Shown piece after piece: positions 1 through 12,365 of a stretch of 64,000 nucleotides of DNA (within the stretch, counting starts at the first letter, position 1; every line of letters starts with the position of its first letter). A model generated the notes under the pieces. The model was not told the DNA's origin, searched no databases, and saw only the letters and a list, made by a program, of their open reading frames with translations. The translations under genes were made by a program, and so were the position numbers. Source of the DNA: Bdellovibrionota bacterium (GTDB taxonomy: Bacteria > Bdellovibrionota_C > UBA2361 > JAAYZI01); the NCBI GenBank assembly GCA_050950765.1, contig JBMNIF010000002.1:1088001-1152000 (forward strand). The letters are read 5' to 3'.

Positions 1-251
1 GTTTTACAGGAAAGGATCGTAGCCGTGTGCTTGTTGAAGGCATCAATATGGTGACGAGACATCAGCGCCAAACAGCTCCAGGTCGTTCTTCCGGTAAAAT
101 TCAAAAGGAAGCACCAATTCATATTTCAAATGTGATGTATTACGTTGAAAAATTGAAAAGACCGATGCGCTTGCGCCATAGCTTTCTTGAGGATGGAACT
201 AAGGTTCGCGGTTATCTGGATCCAGAGTCGAAGAGTTTTGTTCAAATTTAG
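1..251 (+). CDS. rplX: 50S ribosomal protein L24, 5'-truncated by the window edge
   Basis: Motifs VEGINMV..H and KEAPIHISNVM; lies directly upstream of L5. Confidence 0.95.
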   Translation, partial: FTGKDRSRVLVEGINMVTRHQRQTAPGRSSGKIQKEAPIHISNVMYYVEKLKRPMRLRHSFLEDGTKVRGYLDPESKSFVQI

Positions 252-300
252 GTGTGCTGAAGAAGAGTAAAGAGGAATAAAGTAAAGAATAGGTGTGGTA

Positions 301-840
301 ATGGAAAGATTTTCTGAAAGGTATCGTACAAAAGCGATTCCAGCTCTTACAAAAGAGTTTAATTACACTAATCCGATGCAGGTTCCACGATTGAAGAAGA
401 TCGTTTTGAATTGTGGTGTTGGTGAGGCGACGCAAAATGCGAAGGCGATAGAGTATGCTGTTTATGCCTTGACGCAGATCGCTGGGCAGAAGCCTATTGT
501 TACGAAGGCTCGGAAGTCGATAGCGAACTTTAAGTTGCGTGCAGGGGTTCCGATCGGTTGTTGTGTGACGTTACGTCGTTCTCAGATGGAAGATTTCTTC
601 GATAAACTCATCTGGGTGGCTCTTCCAAGGGTAAAAGACTTTAGAGGTATGCCACGTAGAGGGTTCGACGGGAGAGGAAGTTATACTGTGGGTCTTAAGG
701 AGCAGATAGTCTTCCCTGAGATCGATATAGATCAACTTGATAAGATTCGTGGGATGGATATAACTTTTGTCACTAGTGCTAAAACTGATGAAGAAGGTCG
801 TGCACTTTTGCGTGAGTTAGGCTTACCTTTTAGGAACTAG
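301..840 (+). CDS. rplE: 50S ribosomal protein L5
   Basis: [20 protein letters not shown] ... LPRVKDFRG ... RGMDITFVT. Confidence 0.98.
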   Translation: MERFSERYRTKAIPALTKEFNYTNPMQVPRLKKIVLNCGVGEATQNAKAIEYAVYALTQIAGQKPIVTKARKSIANFKLRAGVPIGCCVTLRRSQMEDFFDKLIWVALPRVKDFRGMPRRGFDGRGSYTVGLKEQIVFPEIDIDQLDKIRGMDITFVTSAKTDEEGRALLRELGLPFRN

Positions 841-868
841 GGCTTTTTGTTGTAAAACGGAGGAACTT

Positions 869-1054
869 TTGGCTAAGAAGTCTTTAATTGTGAAATGTGC
901 TCGGGAGCAGAAGTTTTCGACGCGCTCTTATACGAGATGTCAGTGTTGTGGCAGACCTCGTGGTGTTTATAAAAAGTTTATGTTGTGTCGCATTTGTTTC
1001 AGGGAGATGGTTCATCGTGGTCATATCCCAGGTATAACAAAGGCTAGTTGGTAA
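869..1054 (+). CDS. rpsN: 30S ribosomal protein S14, Zn-binding (C+) type, TTG start
   Basis: 61 aa, CQCC..CRIC, ends [12 protein letters not shown] upstream. Confidence 0.97.
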   Translation: MAKKSLIVKCAREQKFSTRSYTRCQCCGRPRGVYKKFMLCRICFREMVHRGHIPGITKASW

Positions 1055-1062
1055 GGGGTATT

Positions 1063-1464
1063 ATGATAACAGATCCTATTGCTGATGCCTTGACTAGAAT
1101 TCGTAATGCTCAGAGAGCTGGACATAAATCTGTCTCTGTTCGATGTTCTAAAATGAATTTACGTTTACTTCAGGTTTTACAAAGTGAGGGATTTATCTCT
1201 TATTTTGAGAAGAAGGACGGTGAAGTCGCAGGGCAATTTAATATCGAAGTTGGCTTAAAGTATTTTCCAACAGGTGAGCCTTTAATCAGTAAGATTAAAA
1301 GGGTGAGCAGACCTGGACGGAGGGTTTATGCAGGTGTTGGAGATCTGCCGAAAGTTGATGCTGGACTAGGTCTAACCATAGTTTCTACTTCTGAAGGGGT
1401 GGTTTCTGATCGTGTTGCGCGTCAACGTAAAATAGGCGGTGAAGTTTTGGCCTTAGTTGGTTAA
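1063..1464 (+). CDS. rpsH: 30S ribosomal protein S8
   Basis: MITDPIADALTRIRNA ... SRPGRRVY ... GGEVL. Confidence 0.98.
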   Translation: MITDPIADALTRIRNAQRAGHKSVSVRCSKMNLRLLQVLQSEGFISYFEKKDGEVAGQFNIEVGLKYFPTGEPLISKIKRVSRPGRRVYAGVGDLPKVDAGLGLTIVSTSEGVVSDRVARQRKIGGEVLALVG

Positions 1465-1474
1465 GGAGTTAAGG

Positions 1475-2014
1475 ATGTCACGTATTGGAAAGCTTCCCAT
1501 AGATATACCGAGTGGTGTGAAGGCGAATATCACTAATGGCGTTACTACTATTGATGGACCACGTGGGAAATTGGAGTTTCGTCTTGGAGCTGGTGTAGAA
1601 GTGGTGCAAGAGGGGAATACCCTTGTTGTTAATCGCACTGACAACACTCCACAGAGCGTTGCTAATCACGGAACAACACGTTCAATGATAGCTAATATGG
1701 TTCACGGCGTTACGCAAGGTTGGAAAAGGTCTCTTGAATTAAATGGTGTTGGTTATGTTGCCAACTGTGCTGGGGATAAGCTCACTTTGAAAGTCGGGCT
1801 TTCTCATGATGTTGTTATGCCTCTACCTGCTGCTATCACGTGTAAAGTGGAGCGCAATGTCATTCAGTTGGAGTCCAATGATCGTCAAGCACTTGGTAAT
1901 TTTGCAGCGAAGATTAGGCGTGTTAGACCACCTGAGCCGTATTTAGGTAAAGGGATTAAATACGCAGAGGAAACGATCAAGCGCAAAGCTGGTAAGACAG
2001 CTAAAGCTAAGTAG
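1475..2014 (+). CDS. rplF: 50S ribosomal protein L6
   Basis: MSRIGKLPI ... RPPEPYLGKGIKY. Confidence 0.98.
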   Translation: MSRIGKLPIDIPSGVKANITNGVTTIDGPRGKLEFRLGAGVEVVQEGNTLVVNRTDNTPQSVANHGTTRSMIANMVHGVTQGWKRSLELNGVGYVANCAGDKLTLKVGLSHDVVMPLPAAITCKVERNVIQLESNDRQALGNFAAKIRRVRPPEPYLGKGIKYAEETIKRKAGKTAKAK

Positions 2015-2041
2015 CGGTTATTTGCTTGGAGATATGATAAG

Positions 2042-2452
2042 ATGGCTATAAAGTCAAAAAAGATTAAGTTAACATCAAGGGAGCGTACAAAGGCTCGTTT
2101 ACGTAAAAAATTAGTGGGTACTGATGCAAAACCACGCTTGAGTGTTTTTAAGAGTGAGAAACATACGTATGCGCAGTTGATCTCTGATGAAAGTGGTAAG
2201 ACGATCGTTTCTGCTAGCACTTTGGAAGGGGCTGTTGTCGAAAAAATCGCCAAAATAGAGAAGTCTGCCACTCAAAATGATTCTCGGAGCTGCAAAAGTG
2301 TAGCTGCCGCTATTGCGGTTGGCATTACTTTAGCTGAAAGAGCAAAGGCAGCTGGAATTGAGCACCTTGTTTTTGACAGAAATGGCTTTTTATATCATGG
2401 TCGTGTTAAGGCTGTTGCCGATGGCGCGCGTCAGGGTGGAATGGCTTTTTAA
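2042..2452 (+). CDS. rplR: 50S ribosomal protein L18 (appears to carry a short internal insertion)
   Basis: PRLSVFKS.KH.YAQLI ... FDRNGFLYHGRVKAVADGAR. Confidence 0.97.
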   Translation: MAIKSKKIKLTSRERTKARLRKKLVGTDAKPRLSVFKSEKHTYAQLISDESGKTIVSASTLEGAVVEKIAKIEKSATQNDSRSCKSVAAAIAVGITLAERAKAAGIEHLVFDRNGFLYHGRVKAVADGARQGGMAF

Positions 2453-2482
2453 TTTTGTAGTAATATCGTTGTAAATCGGGGA

Positions 2483-3028
2483 ATGATTTCTATGGATTTA
2501 AAAGAAAAGATACGGATATTGAGGGTTCCTCCTCAGGAGTGCGGTGAGTTAACAGATCACACCGTCTTCATAAATCGTGTTGCTAAAGTAGTAAAGGGCG
2601 GACGGCGCTTTAGTTTCAGTGCTCTAATAGTTTCCGGTGATGGACAGGGGCATGTCGGTTTTGGGATGGGAAAAGCAGGTGAAGTTCCTGAGGCGATCCG
2701 TAAGGGATCTGAGAGAGCCCACGGGAATATGGTTGCGATTCCGATGAGAGGAACAACGGTTCCACACGATGTTCATGCTACTTTTGGACCAACAAAGGTT
2801 GTTATTAAAGCGGCTCCTCCAGGAACGGGAGTTATTGCAGGTTCTGCTATGCGTGCGGTTGCTAACGCCATCGGTATTGCGGATGTTCGTATGAAGTGTA
2901 TCGGTTCGAATAATCCTCAAAATGTTGTCCAAGCTACTTTGATGGCTCTCTTGTCACTCAAGCAGCCCGATCAGATCGCTTCTATGCGTGGGATTTCGTT
3001 GGAAGAGCTGGGGTATAGTCCTTTTTAA
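2483..3028 (+). CDS. rpsE: 30S ribosomal protein S5 (alternative start 2492)
   Basis: INRVAKVVKGGRRFSFSAL ... GTGVIAG. Confidence 0.97.
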   Translation: MISMDLKEKIRILRVPPQECGELTDHTVFINRVAKVVKGGRRFSFSALIVSGDGQGHVGFGMGKAGEVPEAIRKGSERAHGNMVAIPMRGTTVPHDVHATFGPTKVVIKAAPPGTGVIAGSAMRAVANAIGIADVRMKCIGSNNPQNVVQATLMALLSLKQPDQIASMRGISLEELGYSPF

Positions 3029-3046
3029 TTTTATTTGGTGTGTGTG

Positions 3047-3253
3047 ATGAAATTTGATCAAGATCTGCAAGACGAAAAGGTGCTGGTCGTTCAGGTTCGT
3101 AGTGCTATCACGGGAACTTCTGATGTTCGTGGGACTTTGAAAGCATTAGGGCTGGGACGGATCGGTAAGAAAAAAGAACATCTGTTGAATCCGTGTATTT
3201 GGGGCATGCTGCGTAAGGTACATCATTTAGTGCAAGTTACGAAGGTTGCATAA
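3047..3253 (+). CDS. rpmD: 50S ribosomal protein L30
   Basis: QVRSAI ... TLKALGL.RIG ... GMLRKV.HLV; sits between S5 and L15. Confidence 0.92.
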   Translation: MKFDQDLQDEKVLVVQVRSAITGTSDVRGTLKALGLGRIGKKKEHLLNPCIWGMLRKVHHLVQVTKVA

Positions 3254-3273
3254 TTTTATTAAGGTAGATTGAA

Positions 3274-3750
3274 ATGGAGCTGCATACATTAGAGCCGAGT
3301 TTTGGTGCGAACAAAGCTAGAAAAAGGGTGGGACGTGGAAACGCTTCCGGCTCTGGAAGAACGAGTGGTCGTGGTGAGAAGGGACAAAAAGCCAGATCTG
3401 GTGGGAAAATTCGTGCCGGATTTGAAGGCGGGCAGATGCCGTTATATCGTCGCATTCCTAAGACCGGTTTCGTCTCAAAAAAGAAGTTGGCTGGAGTTAA
3501 TATCTACAACGTTGTTAATCTATCTGTCCTTGAAAGTTTTGATGATGGATCTGTTGTGGATCCAGAAGCTTTAATGCTTAGAGGGTACGGTACGAAGTTT
3601 TCTCGTCGTGCTGGCATAAAGATCCTTGGAGCAGGTAAATTAACAAAGAAATTAACAGTCAAGGCAGATGCTTTCTCTGCAGCAGCTAAGGCAAAAATTG
3701 AAGCTTTAGGCGGAACTGCAACTGTAATTGAAGAAGAAGTGGGAAAGTAA
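3274..3750 (+). CDS. rplO: 50S ribosomal protein L15
   Basis: [22 protein letters not shown] ... [14 protein letters not shown]. Confidence 0.98.
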   Translation: MELHTLEPSFGANKARKRVGRGNASGSGRTSGRGEKGQKARSGGKIRAGFEGGQMPLYRRIPKTGFVSKKKLAGVNIYNVVNLSVLESFDDGSVVDPEALMLRGYGTKFSRRAGIKILGAGKLTKKLTVKADAFSAAAKAKIEALGGTATVIEEEVGK

Positions 3751-3833
3751 GAGCTTTTTGCGTCGCGGGCGTTTTTATTAATCGAGCGGGGTTGATGTGT
3801 TTCTCTCCTGCGAGCGTGAGGTGAGGGAGATTT

Positions 3834-5202
3834 ATGATTGGTGGACTTGGTAACGTTGGAAAGGTGCCTGAGCTTCGTAATAGGATCCTCTTCACGTTGT
3901 TGATGTTGGCTGTATATAGATTAGGAATCTTTGTTCCTACACCAGGGATTAATGCTGCAGAATTAGCGGCTAGATTTAGTAGAGCAGCAGAAGGTCTCTT
4001 TGGTATGGTCAACCTATTTTCAGGTGGTGCTTTGGAGGACTTCTCCATCTTTACCCTCGGGATCATGCCGTATATTAGCATGTCCATCATTATTCAGTTT
4101 CTTACTCCTGTGATTCCGAGTTTGGAAGCTTTAAAAAAGGAAGGCGCATCCGGACAGAAGATCTTAATGCGTTATACTCGGCAGGGAACGATGATCTTAG
4201 CGTTGCTTCAAGGCTTTATGATCGCTAAAGGGTTGGAGTCTCAATCTGGTTTAGTTTATCCAGGGGTCGGAGGGGTGAAGTTCTATATAACGACGATGCT
4301 CACCCTTACTGCAGGAACGGCGTTTATAATGTGGCTCGGAGAGCAGATTACAGAGCGCGGTATCGGTAACGGTATGAGTATAATTATCTTTGCTGGTATT
4401 GTTGCTAGGATGCCTAGGGCATTTTTTGAAATTATTTCGCGTGCTGCGGATCCAGCTTCCTCCGATGTTACATGGTTTACAGTTTTAATATTATTAGTTT
4501 TTTGTACAGCTACGATTGCAGCTATCGTTTATGTAGAGAGGTCTCAACGGAGGATCCCATTACAATATCCCAGATCTGAGCGGATGTTAGCTAAAGAGAT
4601 CGGTCCAACGCCGTACCTTCCGTTAAAAGTTAACTCTGCTGGTGTTATTCCGCCGATCTTTTGCCTCTGCTATTATGGTTCTTCCTGTTACTATTGGAGC
4701 TCTCTTTATTGGTAGTGAGAGTACTGTCATTCAAGATATTATGTCGTACGTCGCACCAGGGACCGCTACCTATACCGTAATTTACGTTATTTTGATCTTT
4801 ATATTCGCTTATTACTATGTCTCTGTTCAGATGAGCCCTAAAGATATGGCTGATAATCTGAAAAAACAGGGTGCTTTTATCCCCACTGTGAGACCAGGTA
4901 CTCAGACTGCTGATTACCTGTATGGAGTTTTGAATAGATTGACCTTTTGGGGAGCAATTTATATCGCGCTTGTTTGTGTCGTACCTAATTATATCTACAA
5001 GCAGCTCGGTGCTGAGTCTTTGGGATATGTCTTTGGTGGTACTGCTGTTTTGATCGCTGTCGGTGTGACTCTTGATACTGCTTCTCAGATCCAGTCAATA
5101 TTAACTGCTAGGCATTATGAAGCTTTTATGACTAAGAGCGCTAAGGGGAAGATGGGGATGGGTCCATTTAGAGGAACAAAAACAAGGATCTTGAAGCGTT
5201 AG
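3834..5202 (+). CDS. secY: Preprotein translocase SecY, split into two ORFs (3834-4715, 4642-5202) by one extra T at 4659-4662
   Basis: FSIFTLGIMPYI, GEQITERGIGNG, YLPLKVNSAGVIPPIF then ASAI in the other frame, FIPTVRPG, FGGT. Confidence 0.95.
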
Positions 5203-5243
5203 TGTTTTGATAAGTTTCAGGTTATATAATAAGGTAGACAATA

Positions 5244-5810
5244 ATGAGAGTTATTTTATTAGGTCCTCCGGCTGTTGGAAAGGGAACACAGGCTGCGCTT
5301 TTGGCAAAAAAGTGTGGAGTGCCGCATATCTCTACGGGTGAAATGATGCGCGCTGCAGTGGCTAATCAAACCGAACTAGGGATGCAGTGTAAAGCTTGTA
5401 TGGATAAGGGGGAGTTGGTTCCTGATACTATTGTAGTTGGTATCGTTAAAGATAGGCTTTCGGAGAGAGATTGTGAGAAGGGCTTCATTTTAGATGGCTT
5501 CCCGAGGACGGTTCCGCAGGCAGAGGCGTTAGAGCAGGTTTTAAATGAAATCGGTGTAACAGATCTTAAAGTTGTTGAATTGACAGTAGTCGATGAGATC
5601 TTATTTGAAAGAATTAGAAAACGCCAAGCTTCAGGCGAGGGGCGTTCAGACGACAGTGAAGAAACTTTAAGGCATAGACTTGAAGTTTATAGGGAAGAAA
5701 CTGCCCCTGTAACCGATTTTTATCAGAAAAAGTGTGGTGTAAGACCTGTATCAAGCTTGGGAACTATCGATGAAGTTCATGCTGATATTATGAAGGCTTT
5801 ACAGAAATAG
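5244..5810 (+). CDS. adk: Adenylate kinase, short-LID type
   Basis: GPPAVGKGTQ, HISTG, GFILDGFPRT, RSDD; only about 7 residues between KR and RSDD. Confidence 0.97.
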   Translation: MRVILLGPPAVGKGTQAALLAKKCGVPHISTGEMMRAAVANQTELGMQCKACMDKGELVPDTIVVGIVKDRLSERDCEKGFILDGFPRTVPQAEALEQVLNEIGVTDLKVVELTVVDEILFERIRKRQASGEGRSDDSEETLRHRLEVYREETAPVTDFYQKKCGVRPVSSLGTIDEVHADIMKALQK

Positions 5811-6007
5811 CTTGAGAGTTTTTATACTGTTTTTATGCGTTGTTTGAGATATTTGTGGAATAATCACCACTTTATTGCGATTTTGTGAGTTTTTTTCTCA
5901 CGGGCTGTTGTGATTATTTTTGAAGACGTGTATTATCCGCCAGCTTGTGTGTGGAGGGTGTCAAGGTAAGAGCCATAGATGTTGGTTCTCGCTTTTTTTA
6001 GATTCCC

Positions 6008-6035
6008 TTGCGAGATGGCGTGTTTATCGTAAAGT
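6008..6035 (+). promoter_or_regulatory. Candidate sigma70 promoter for rpmJ and the alpha operon
   Basis: TTGCGA-N16-TAAAGT in the roughly 290-nt gap after adk. Confidence 0.35.
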
Positions 6036-6097
6036 ATGAAGTGTTTTGTTCGAGCCAATTCCGAGTTTTCGTGTTTTGGATGTGGTTGGAGGAGATT

Positions 6098-6214
6098 GTG
6101 AAAGTTAGAGCATCGATTAAGCCGATTTGCGAATATTGCAAGGTGATCCGTCGCAGGGGGCGTCTGTTTGTTGTTTGTAGTAGAACAAAAAAACATAAAC
6201 AACGACAAGGATAG
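6098..6214 (+). CDS. rpmJ: 50S ribosomal protein L36 (GTG start, Zn-ribbon type)
   Basis: [46 protein letters not shown]. Confidence 0.97.
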   Translation: MKVRASIKPICEYCKVIRRRGRLFVVCSRTKKHKQRQG

Positions 6215-6250
6215 TGATTTTTTTCTTAAGTTTTGTAGTGGAGATATAGA

Positions 6251-6637
6251 ATGGCACGTATAGCTGGAGTTGATTTGCCGAGAAATAAACGTATATTGCG
6301 GGCGTTGACGTATATCTATGGAATCGGAATAACTCGTTCACATGAGATCTTAAAAGAAGCTGAAGTGGATGAGGCTCGTCGTTCTGATGAGTTAACCTCT
6401 GATGAGATCGCGCGTATTCGTAGCGTAATAGAGGGTAGTGAGCATAAGGTTGAAGGTGATTTAAGACGTGATGTTCAGATGGCTGTTAAGCGTCTAATGG
6501 ATCTCGGATGTTATCGCGGTTTGCGTCACCGTAAGAAATTGCCAGTTCGTGGACAGAGGACTCGTACAAATGCACGTACAAGGAAGGGACCGCGCAGACA
6601 AGCTATCGCTGGCAAAAAGGCAGCTACGAAGAAATAG
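6251..6637 (+). CDS. rpsM: 30S ribosomal protein S13
   Basis: [10 protein letters not shown] ... [24 protein letters not shown]. Confidence 0.98.
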   Translation: MARIAGVDLPRNKRILRALTYIYGIGITRSHEILKEAEVDEARRSDELTSDEIARIRSVIEGSEHKVEGDLRRDVQMAVKRLMDLGCYRGLRHRKKLPVRGQRTRTNARTRKGPRRQAIAGKKAATKK

Positions 6638-6724
6638 TTGCAGATTAGAGTAGAGTTTCTTTTATCTTATTAAAAGAGATATGGTGTGTGTTTGCAAAAT
6701 TAAAGAACATAAGGAGAAATAACT

Positions 6725-7120
6725 TTGGCAGAAGTAAAGACCACAGCAGGTCGTAAGAAAAAAGTTAAAAAGAATATTCCTGTTGGAGTTGCGCATATTT
6801 GTGCTACTTTCAACAATACCATTGTTGCTATTACTGATCCGGTTGGAAACTTAGTTTCATGGGCTAGTGCTGGTTCAAGTGGCTTTAAGGGGTCTAGAAA
6901 GTCGACTCCGTTTGCTGCTCAGGTTGCGGGTGAGACTGCAGCTCAAAAGGCGAAGGAAGTTGGGATGCGTTCAGTTTCAGTGTTGGTTAAAGGACCAGGA
7001 TCTGGTCGTGAGTCAGCATTAAGGGCAATTCATACATCTGGTATTGCCGTTACTTTAATTAAGGATATTACGCCGGTGCCACATAATGGTTGTCGGCCAC
7101 GTAAGAGCAGGAGAGTATAA
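6725..7120 (+). CDS. rpsK: 30S ribosomal protein S11 (TTG start)
   Basis: ATFNNTIV ... [11 protein letters not shown] ... [10 protein letters not shown]. Confidence 0.98.
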   Translation: MAEVKTTAGRKKKVKKNIPVGVAHICATFNNTIVAITDPVGNLVSWASAGSSGFKGSRKSTPFAAQVAGETAAQKAKEVGMRSVSVLVKGPGSGRESALRAIHTSGIAVTLIKDITPVPHNGCRPRKSRRV

Positions 7121-7125
7121 GTCGA

Positions 7126-7752
7126 ATGGCTAGGTACATTGGTTCAGTTTGTCGTTTGTGTCGTCGAGAGGGTGAAAAGCTCTTTTTAAAAGGGGAGCGT
7201 TGCTTTACCAGTAAGTGTGCAATTGAGCGTAGAGATGGTGCTCCAGGTCAGCACGGTCATGCTCGTCAATCTCGTTCAGATTATAGGATGCAGCTTAGAG
7301 AGAAGCAGAAAGTTAAACGTATCTACGGTATGCTTGAGAAACAGTTCCGTTCCTATTTTAAGAAGGCTGCTTCTCAAAAAGGTGTGACGGGTACGTTGCT
7401 TTTGCAGAGGTTAGAGTCTCGTCTTGATAGTGTTGCTTTTAAACTTGGCTTTGGATCGTCGCGTAGTCAAGCTCGTCAAAGAGTCTTGCATGGTCACGTC
7501 TTGGTAAATGGTAAGAAGGTGGATATCCCATCTTATCTCGTGTCGGTTGGAGATGTGGTGGAGCTTGTTCCTGAGCTTAAAAAGAATATTGAGGTTGTTG
7601 CTTCTGTTGAGTCTGCTGCAGCACGCTTGGTGTCTGACTGGTTGACCCTTGATAAAGATGCAATGCGCGGAACGGTTAATGCTATACCTACTAGGGAAGC
7701 GCTTTCGCAGTCTATTCAAGAACATTTGATTGTTGAGCTTTACTCTAAGTAA
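7126..7752 (+). CDS. rpsD: 30S ribosomal protein S4 (Cys-containing N-terminus)
   Basis: MARYIGSVCRLCRREG ... QLREKQK ... LESRLD ... IVELYSK. Confidence 0.98.
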   Translation: MARYIGSVCRLCRREGEKLFLKGERCFTSKCAIERRDGAPGQHGHARQSRSDYRMQLREKQKVKRIYGMLEKQFRSYFKKAASQKGVTGTLLLQRLESRLDSVAFKLGFGSSRSQARQRVLHGHVLVNGKKVDIPSYLVSVGDVVELVPELKKNIEVVASVESAAARLVSDWLTLDKDAMRGTVNAIPTREALSQSIQEHLIVELYSK

Positions 7753-7812
7753 GAGTTTAGAGTAATGGGGGTTTGCGTTAAGAGCAATTTTGAGTGACAA
7801 GAGGAAGGTAAA

Positions 7813-8823
7813 ATGAAGGTAACTCTGCGAGATTTGATGAAACCTAAGAAGATAGAGGTTGATGGAAAAGCTGATGAACATTACGCTAAATTCGTAATTG
7901 AACCGTTGGAGCGTGGATATGGCGTAACGATCGGTAACGCTTTAAGGCGTGTACTTTTATCCTCTCTGCAGGGTGCTGCTATCACTGCTATTAAGATAGA
8001 CGGAGTCTCTCATGAGTTTTCTACGGTACCAGGTGTTGTTGAGGATGTTACGGAAGTAATTCTTAATCTGAAAGAAGTCGTTCCCTATATTGAAGATAAG
8101 GCAGAGACCCATTTAACAATTGATGTGGATGGTCCGTGTAACATCACTGCAGGAATGATTAACTGTGAGATGGGAACGAAGATAATCAATCCTAACAAGC
8201 ATATCGCTACATTGGGGGAAGGATTCCATCTTTCAATTGATATTACGGTTAAAGTCGGAAGAGGCTATGCTATCGCTGATAAAAACCGTGTAGAGGGTGT
8301 TCCAGAGGGAACGATTTTTATTGATTCTGTTTTCTCTCCGGTTAGACGAGTTAATACCGTAGTTTCTAACGCTCGTGTTGGACAACGTACTGATTACGAT
8401 AAACTTGTTTTAGAAGTTTGGACTGACGGTAGTGTAGATCCTCGTGCTGCTGTTGCTCAAGCTGCTCATATCTTAATCGATCAATTAAATCTCTTTATGG
8501 GAGAAGGCTTAATCGTTGAAGAGGAGGAGCCTAAAGAGATAGAGCCGCGTCGTAAATTAAATGAGAACCTTTTCCGTCGTGTTGAAGAGATTGAGCTTAG
8601 TGTACGTAGCGCCAACTGTCTTGAGAATTCTGATATTAAGTATATTGGTGAGCTCGTTCAGAGAACGGAAGGTGAAATGCTTCGTACAAAGAACTTTGGA
8701 CGTAAATCTTTGAATGAGGTTAAAGAGATTCTTGCAGAGATGGGGTTGAGCTTAGGGATGAAGCTTCAGGATTTCCCTTCTCGTGAAGAGCTGGATAAGA
8801 TGAAAGAACCTGTTGAACATTAG
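7813..8823 (+). CDS. rpoA: RNA polymerase alpha subunit
   Basis: [22 protein letters not shown] ... LSVRSANCL ... NFGRKSLNE. Confidence 0.99.
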   Translation: MKVTLRDLMKPKKIEVDGKADEHYAKFVIEPLERGYGVTIGNALRRVLLSSLQGAAITAIKIDGVSHEFSTVPGVVEDVTEVILNLKEVVPYIEDKAETHLTIDVDGPCNITAGMINCEMGTKIINPNKHIATLGEGFHLSIDITVKVGRGYAIADKNRVEGVPEGTIFIDSVFSPVRRVNTVVSNARVGQRTDYDKLVLEVWTDGSVDPRAAVAQAAHILIDQLNLFMGEGLIVEEEEPKEIEPRRKLNENLFRRVEEIELSVRSANCLENSDIKYIGELVQRTEGEMLRTKNFGRKSLNEVKEILAEMGLSLGMKLQDFPSREELDKMKEPVEH

Positions 8824-8832
8824 GAGTTTGTG

Positions 8833-9252
8833 ATGCGTCATAGTAAAGCGTTTCGTAAATTTAATCGTACTCCGTCACATCGTCGTGCGATGTTACGTAA
8901 CTTAGCCACTTCGTTTTTAAAGCACGGAAAGATTAAGACCACTCTACAGAAGGCTAAAGATCTTCGTGGAGTCGTTGAAAAATATATAACTTTGGCCGGT
9001 GAAGATAATTTGCACAATAGAAGGCTTGCTTACAGTTATCTGACGGACAAGGCTGTGGTGCACAAATTGTTTGCTGAGATCGGTCCTAAATATAAGACCC
9101 GTCCAGGTGGGTACACCCGTATCTTAAAACTTGATAGACGTGCGGGGGATGCTGCAAAGATGGCTTTTATTATGTTGGTAGAAGAAGATTATCAACCTAA
9201 AGTTAAGAGAGAGCGTAATATCTCTGAAACTGCTCCAGAAGCGGTTGCTTAA
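8833..9252 (+). CDS. rplQ: 50S ribosomal protein L17
   Basis: MRH...RT.SHRRAMLRNL ... RPGGYTRILK...R.GD.A. Confidence 0.98.
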   Translation: MRHSKAFRKFNRTPSHRRAMLRNLATSFLKHGKIKTTLQKAKDLRGVVEKYITLAGEDNLHNRRLAYSYLTDKAVVHKLFAEIGPKYKTRPGGYTRILKLDRRAGDAAKMAFIMLVEEDYQPKVKRERNISETAPEAVA

Positions 9253-9277
9253 TTTTATTGCTTGCAATTTTTATCTT

Positions 9278-9305
9278 AACAAACGCGGCTTCTGCCGCGT
9301 TTGTT
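9278..9305 (+). terminator. Hairpin after rplQ, probable end of the alpha operon
   Basis: AACAAACGCGGC-TTCT-GCCGCGTTTGTT, a perfect 12-bp stem. Confidence 0.7.
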
Positions 9306-9392
9306 GATCTTAGTCGTGTGATTTTTTATCTTTTTATATTGTTATAAACGGTATAAGTTAAAGTCGTTGATTGATAATTGGCGATCGTTTTT

Positions 9393-9731
9393 ATGGATCT
9401 TATTGAACTATTAGAGTTTGCTAGGAGTATTATCACCTCGGATCTCTCTTCGACTGATGATCTATTGCCGGTGATAGAAAAGTATTCACTTGAAATTGAT
9501 AATTGGGTGGTAAAAAATAGTGAGAGATTGCAAGGTGGGATAGATCCGAAAGAGAAGGAGCTTCTTGCACAGTTATTCGCCATGCACGAGGAGATAGTAG
9601 ATCAGACTGCACTTTTAATGGGGGAGACCTCTGAAGCTATAAAAAAATTTAAAGAACGTTCAAAAGCTATCAAAGCTTACGCTGGAGTAACTTCTGAGAG
9701 GATTAGTGTTTATAGACCTAAAAAGGGATAA
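9393..9731 (+). CDS. Hypothetical helical protein, weakly FliT-like
   Basis: 112-aa ORF, probably helical; C-terminal KAIKAY recalls FliT tails (pattern impression only). Confidence 0.45.
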   Translation: MDLIELLEFARSIITSDLSSTDDLLPVIEKYSLEIDNWVVKNSERLQGGIDPKEKELLAQLFAMHEEIVDQTALLMGETSEAIKKFKERSKAIKAYAGVTSERISVYRPKKG

Positions 9732-9737
9732 TTGATC

Positions 9738-10331
9738 ATGAAAAGAGTTCTGTTTGCTTTACTGTGCGCTTTAATGTGTTTTACCTCTGCTTGCGGATAT
9801 ACTTTCGTAGGTGGCGGTAGTGTTTTGCCTGCTGATGTGAAACGTATCTACATCCCCCTTACAGAAAATGAAACAACAGAAGCGAATCTTGCTAGAATAG
9901 TTACGGAAGCTTTACAAGATAGGTTTGAAAGGTATGGGGTTGTTGAAGTTGTTGATAAAATGACAGAGGCTGATGCCGTTCTGAAAACTAAAATTATTTC
10001 TGTAACTAAAGATACAAAAACCAGCACTTCCGGTACGGATACAGCGTTGCAGTACGATATAAAGATGGTTATTTCGGCAGAGTTGCAGAGAGTGACAGGG
10101 CAGATCTTGTGGAGTAATCGTGCGATCTCGGCAGCTCAAACTTATGGTGCCACCGGCTCTGTGGTTGTAACAAGTTCTGCTGATTTCGCTTTAAGTTCAT
10201 TAAGTGCGTCTGACCTTTCTGGGATGAGTAGCCGTGAAGTTGCGCGTAGTCAAGAATCTGAAGCGTTGGATGCTATGGCAGAGAAAGTTGCTCGTGCTGT
10301 ATACGATCAAGCAGTGGCTCCTGAGTTTTAA
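9738..10331 (+). CDS. lptE: LPS-assembly lipoprotein LptE family
   Basis: Lipobox TSA-C then GYTF, IYIP...N.T.E, ADAVL...I, C-terminal helix E.EAL..MA..VA. Confidence 0.8.
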   Translation: MKRVLFALLCALMCFTSACGYTFVGGGSVLPADVKRIYIPLTENETTEANLARIVTEALQDRFERYGVVEVVDKMTEADAVLKTKIISVTKDTKTSTSGTDTALQYDIKMVISAELQRVTGQILWSNRAISAAQTYGATGSVVVTSSADFALSSLSASDLSGMSSREVARSQESEALDAMAEKVARAVYDQAVAPEF

Positions 10332-10393
10332 AAAAGCAGATACGAGAGGAGATAAATTAAAAAGTGTGTGAACAAAAATTCATTCACTACTGT

Positions 10394-10509
10394 TTGTTAT
10401 GTTGAAATTGTTGTGTTATACTAGCACATCTTGTGAGATAAAGTTTTTCGCATAAAAATCTTATAAAGTATCTCTATGCGCTTGACTTTGAAGTGTAAAT
10501 ACATATTAT
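10394..10509 (+). promoter_or_regulatory. Tandem rrn promoters (P1/P2-like)
   Basis: TTGTTA-N17-TATACT with extended TG (10394-10422), and TTGACT-N16-TATTAT (10482-10509). Confidence 0.6.
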
Positions 10510-10844
10510 ACACCAACCTTAATTGAGACGAGCTTAAGAGGCTTATTAGAGAGAGTTTAGGAACCTGAGGGCGTAAGCCTTGAGGGTTTTTGCGCTCTGC
10601 GACTGGTTTTTTGAGTAGTTTTGAGTTAGGGTTTTAAGACAATACGGATATGGGTAGAAGCTGTAATGATTACTGTTTAGGAAAAACGGTAGTGTACAAT
10701 GAGTAGATCAAAGAGATTTCTTTGAGTAGCGCTTTGTGGGTAAAGCTAGTTGGTATGAAAGTACTAACTGATAAGAGCGACGAATTGAATTTAGGGTTAA
10801 GAGTTTACGAATTGGTGTACGACCAAGAGTAGCAGATTTTTAAT

Positions 10845-12365
<1,521 letters not shown>

